A DNA stretch of 64,000 nucleotides from Craspedostauros australis (Eukaryota): contig JALAGF010003533.1 in assembly GCA_030167865.1 (NCBI GenBank), positions 1-64,000 on the forward strand. The letters are read 5' to 3'. The number at the start of each line of letters is the position of its first letter. Positions within the stretch are counted from its first letter, which is position 1. The notes under the pieces are model-generated. The model was not told where the DNA came from and ran no database searches. It worked only from the letters and a program-made list of their open reading frames with translations. Shown piece after piece: positions 62,701 to 64,000 of this stretch. Both the position numbers and the translations under genes were made by a program.

Positions 62701-63214
62701 GCAAGATCACTGCTCCGTGGCGCATCATCGTCTTCCATGCCGGCCGCTGGTCCTGGTGCAGCAAGTGATGCGCCGCCGTTTGGCTGCTCGCGGTGATGTC
62801 CAGCATGGTGCATTCGCGATCGTAGTACGTGAATTCTTGAAGCAGATCATGATCCGTGCGCTCTGCACGCCGAAGCAACGTGACGAAGTAGTCATCGTGT
62901 ATCGTTTGGATGCAGTAGGCAAGCCCGACGCCCATGCTCGAGACGAAGAGAGCAAGGAATAGAAACCGTTGCAAGTGGCTGCAGTAGGTGTGCGCAGTCG
63001 CCTTTTCCGAGCCAGCATCCTTGAAGCCATTTGCGTGGTTGGGTTGTGACGTTTCTGCCACCTGCGATGGATCGCTGCCGTCCTTGATTCCCAACACCGC
63101 CGGCTGTTCCTTTTCGGAGGGCCTTGTCGGAACATCGGCTTGCGCTGCAGCCGCATCCGTTGCCGCGGCGTGATTTTGCTTCGACCTCTTCTTCTTGGTC
63201 TTCTTCGCTGCCAT
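59727..63214 (-). CDS. Membrane-anchored PhyH-like 2OG-Fe(II) dioxygenase fused to DUF6824-like and Tudor/SH3-like domains; exons 63214-62167, 61886-61757, 61524-59727; about 991 aa
   Basis: Motifs QSWHPDT (HxD), SLFIPLQDT..MGATDICPGT, GDAALL..IWHR|GAAH and DRIMFIVTF; three hydrophobic segments. The 130-bp middle exon is absent from the ORF track, and the frame is preserved across both introns. Confidence 0.85.
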
Positions 63215-64000
63215 GGTTTCAATTGAATTGGTGGTGCAGTGGTCAATGGATATAGCACTAGCACGAGGCAAGGAGAACGTCACAAGTATGGGCGCAACGA
63301 AGGTGCTCGCTTTGTTGGACGACCGGCAATGGACGATGGACGATGAACGATGAACGATGAACGATGAACGACGACAGCAATGGTGCCGCCAACACGCAAG
63401 GCTCCGTCGTCGAAGATGCGCAATACGCATCGCTTCGCTTCCACCCCAAAGAATCGTCTTTGGCGCAGGTCGAGTTCGGGTTTCGTGTCCGTTGAACAAG
63501 AGTTGAAATTGATCAATTGAATCGACAGTTGAACCAATCGAAGCGATCGAACGCGAACCTTTGAACTGTGATTCGACTGCATTGATCAAATGCTCTTCCG
63601 ATCACTGTTCCTCATCCAAGAGTCAATTATGGTCGTGAAAGGCCTTTCCGATAATCCCCAATTGTCGAATTGATATCCCAGTTGTGGTATCATGTGGATT
63701 GTTGGATGGCGCTCGGCTTGCACGCCAACGACAACGCGCAATTTTGTGTGTTGTTTGTGACTGCAAAGTCACCAACATTTCACTCGCCGGCGTCGGCAAG
63801 GACAAGACGATAGCAACCGCTTTCACCTTCCGGCGACAATTCTTGGTGTCTGTGCAGTGTTCGCGCCCCAGAGAGACCAAGAGAGGTGCTTTCGCGCCCT
63901 GTGTCCACCTCCCTGACCGTGACCAAGACTCCCAATCCGAGTGTTGCTACCCACGATCGACCCGCGCGGTCTGTGTGGATGATAATTGCGTGCCATCACA

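Overview
Gene-dense eukaryotic nuclear DNA, most likely from a diatom. The lineage is an inference from a CoDi-like copia relic, a bipartite plastid presequence, a diatom-type HSF and a DUF6824-like domain. The window opens with a decayed Ty1/copia RNase H fragment and an assembly gap. It then carries about 19 protein-coding genes, which I reconstructed by hand with frame-preserving GT-AG introns: a secreted trypsin with PTSA repeats, a SMYD-like SET protein, an FkbM-type membrane methyltransferase, TRM1, TMEM256, a GRDP-like protein, a plastid-targeted release factor 1, an HSF, FAB1/PIKfyve, a small two-TM orphan, a GCIP-family protein, TRAPPC9/Trs120, eIF3b, an RVxF-motif protein, a 20S proteasome beta subunit with a leader, a RIOX/NO66-like JmjC protein, PI31, a myristoylated EF-hand protein and a multidomain PhyH-like dioxygenase. 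I recognised no rRNA, tRNA, CRISPR array or prokaryotic-type system. The strongest leads are the TM-PhyH-DUF6824-Tudor-like fusion, the leader-bearing proteasome subunit next to a PI31 with a candidate ATG8-interacting motif, and the CpG-deamination signature in the retroelement. All family assignments come from motif recognition by eye; no database search was run.
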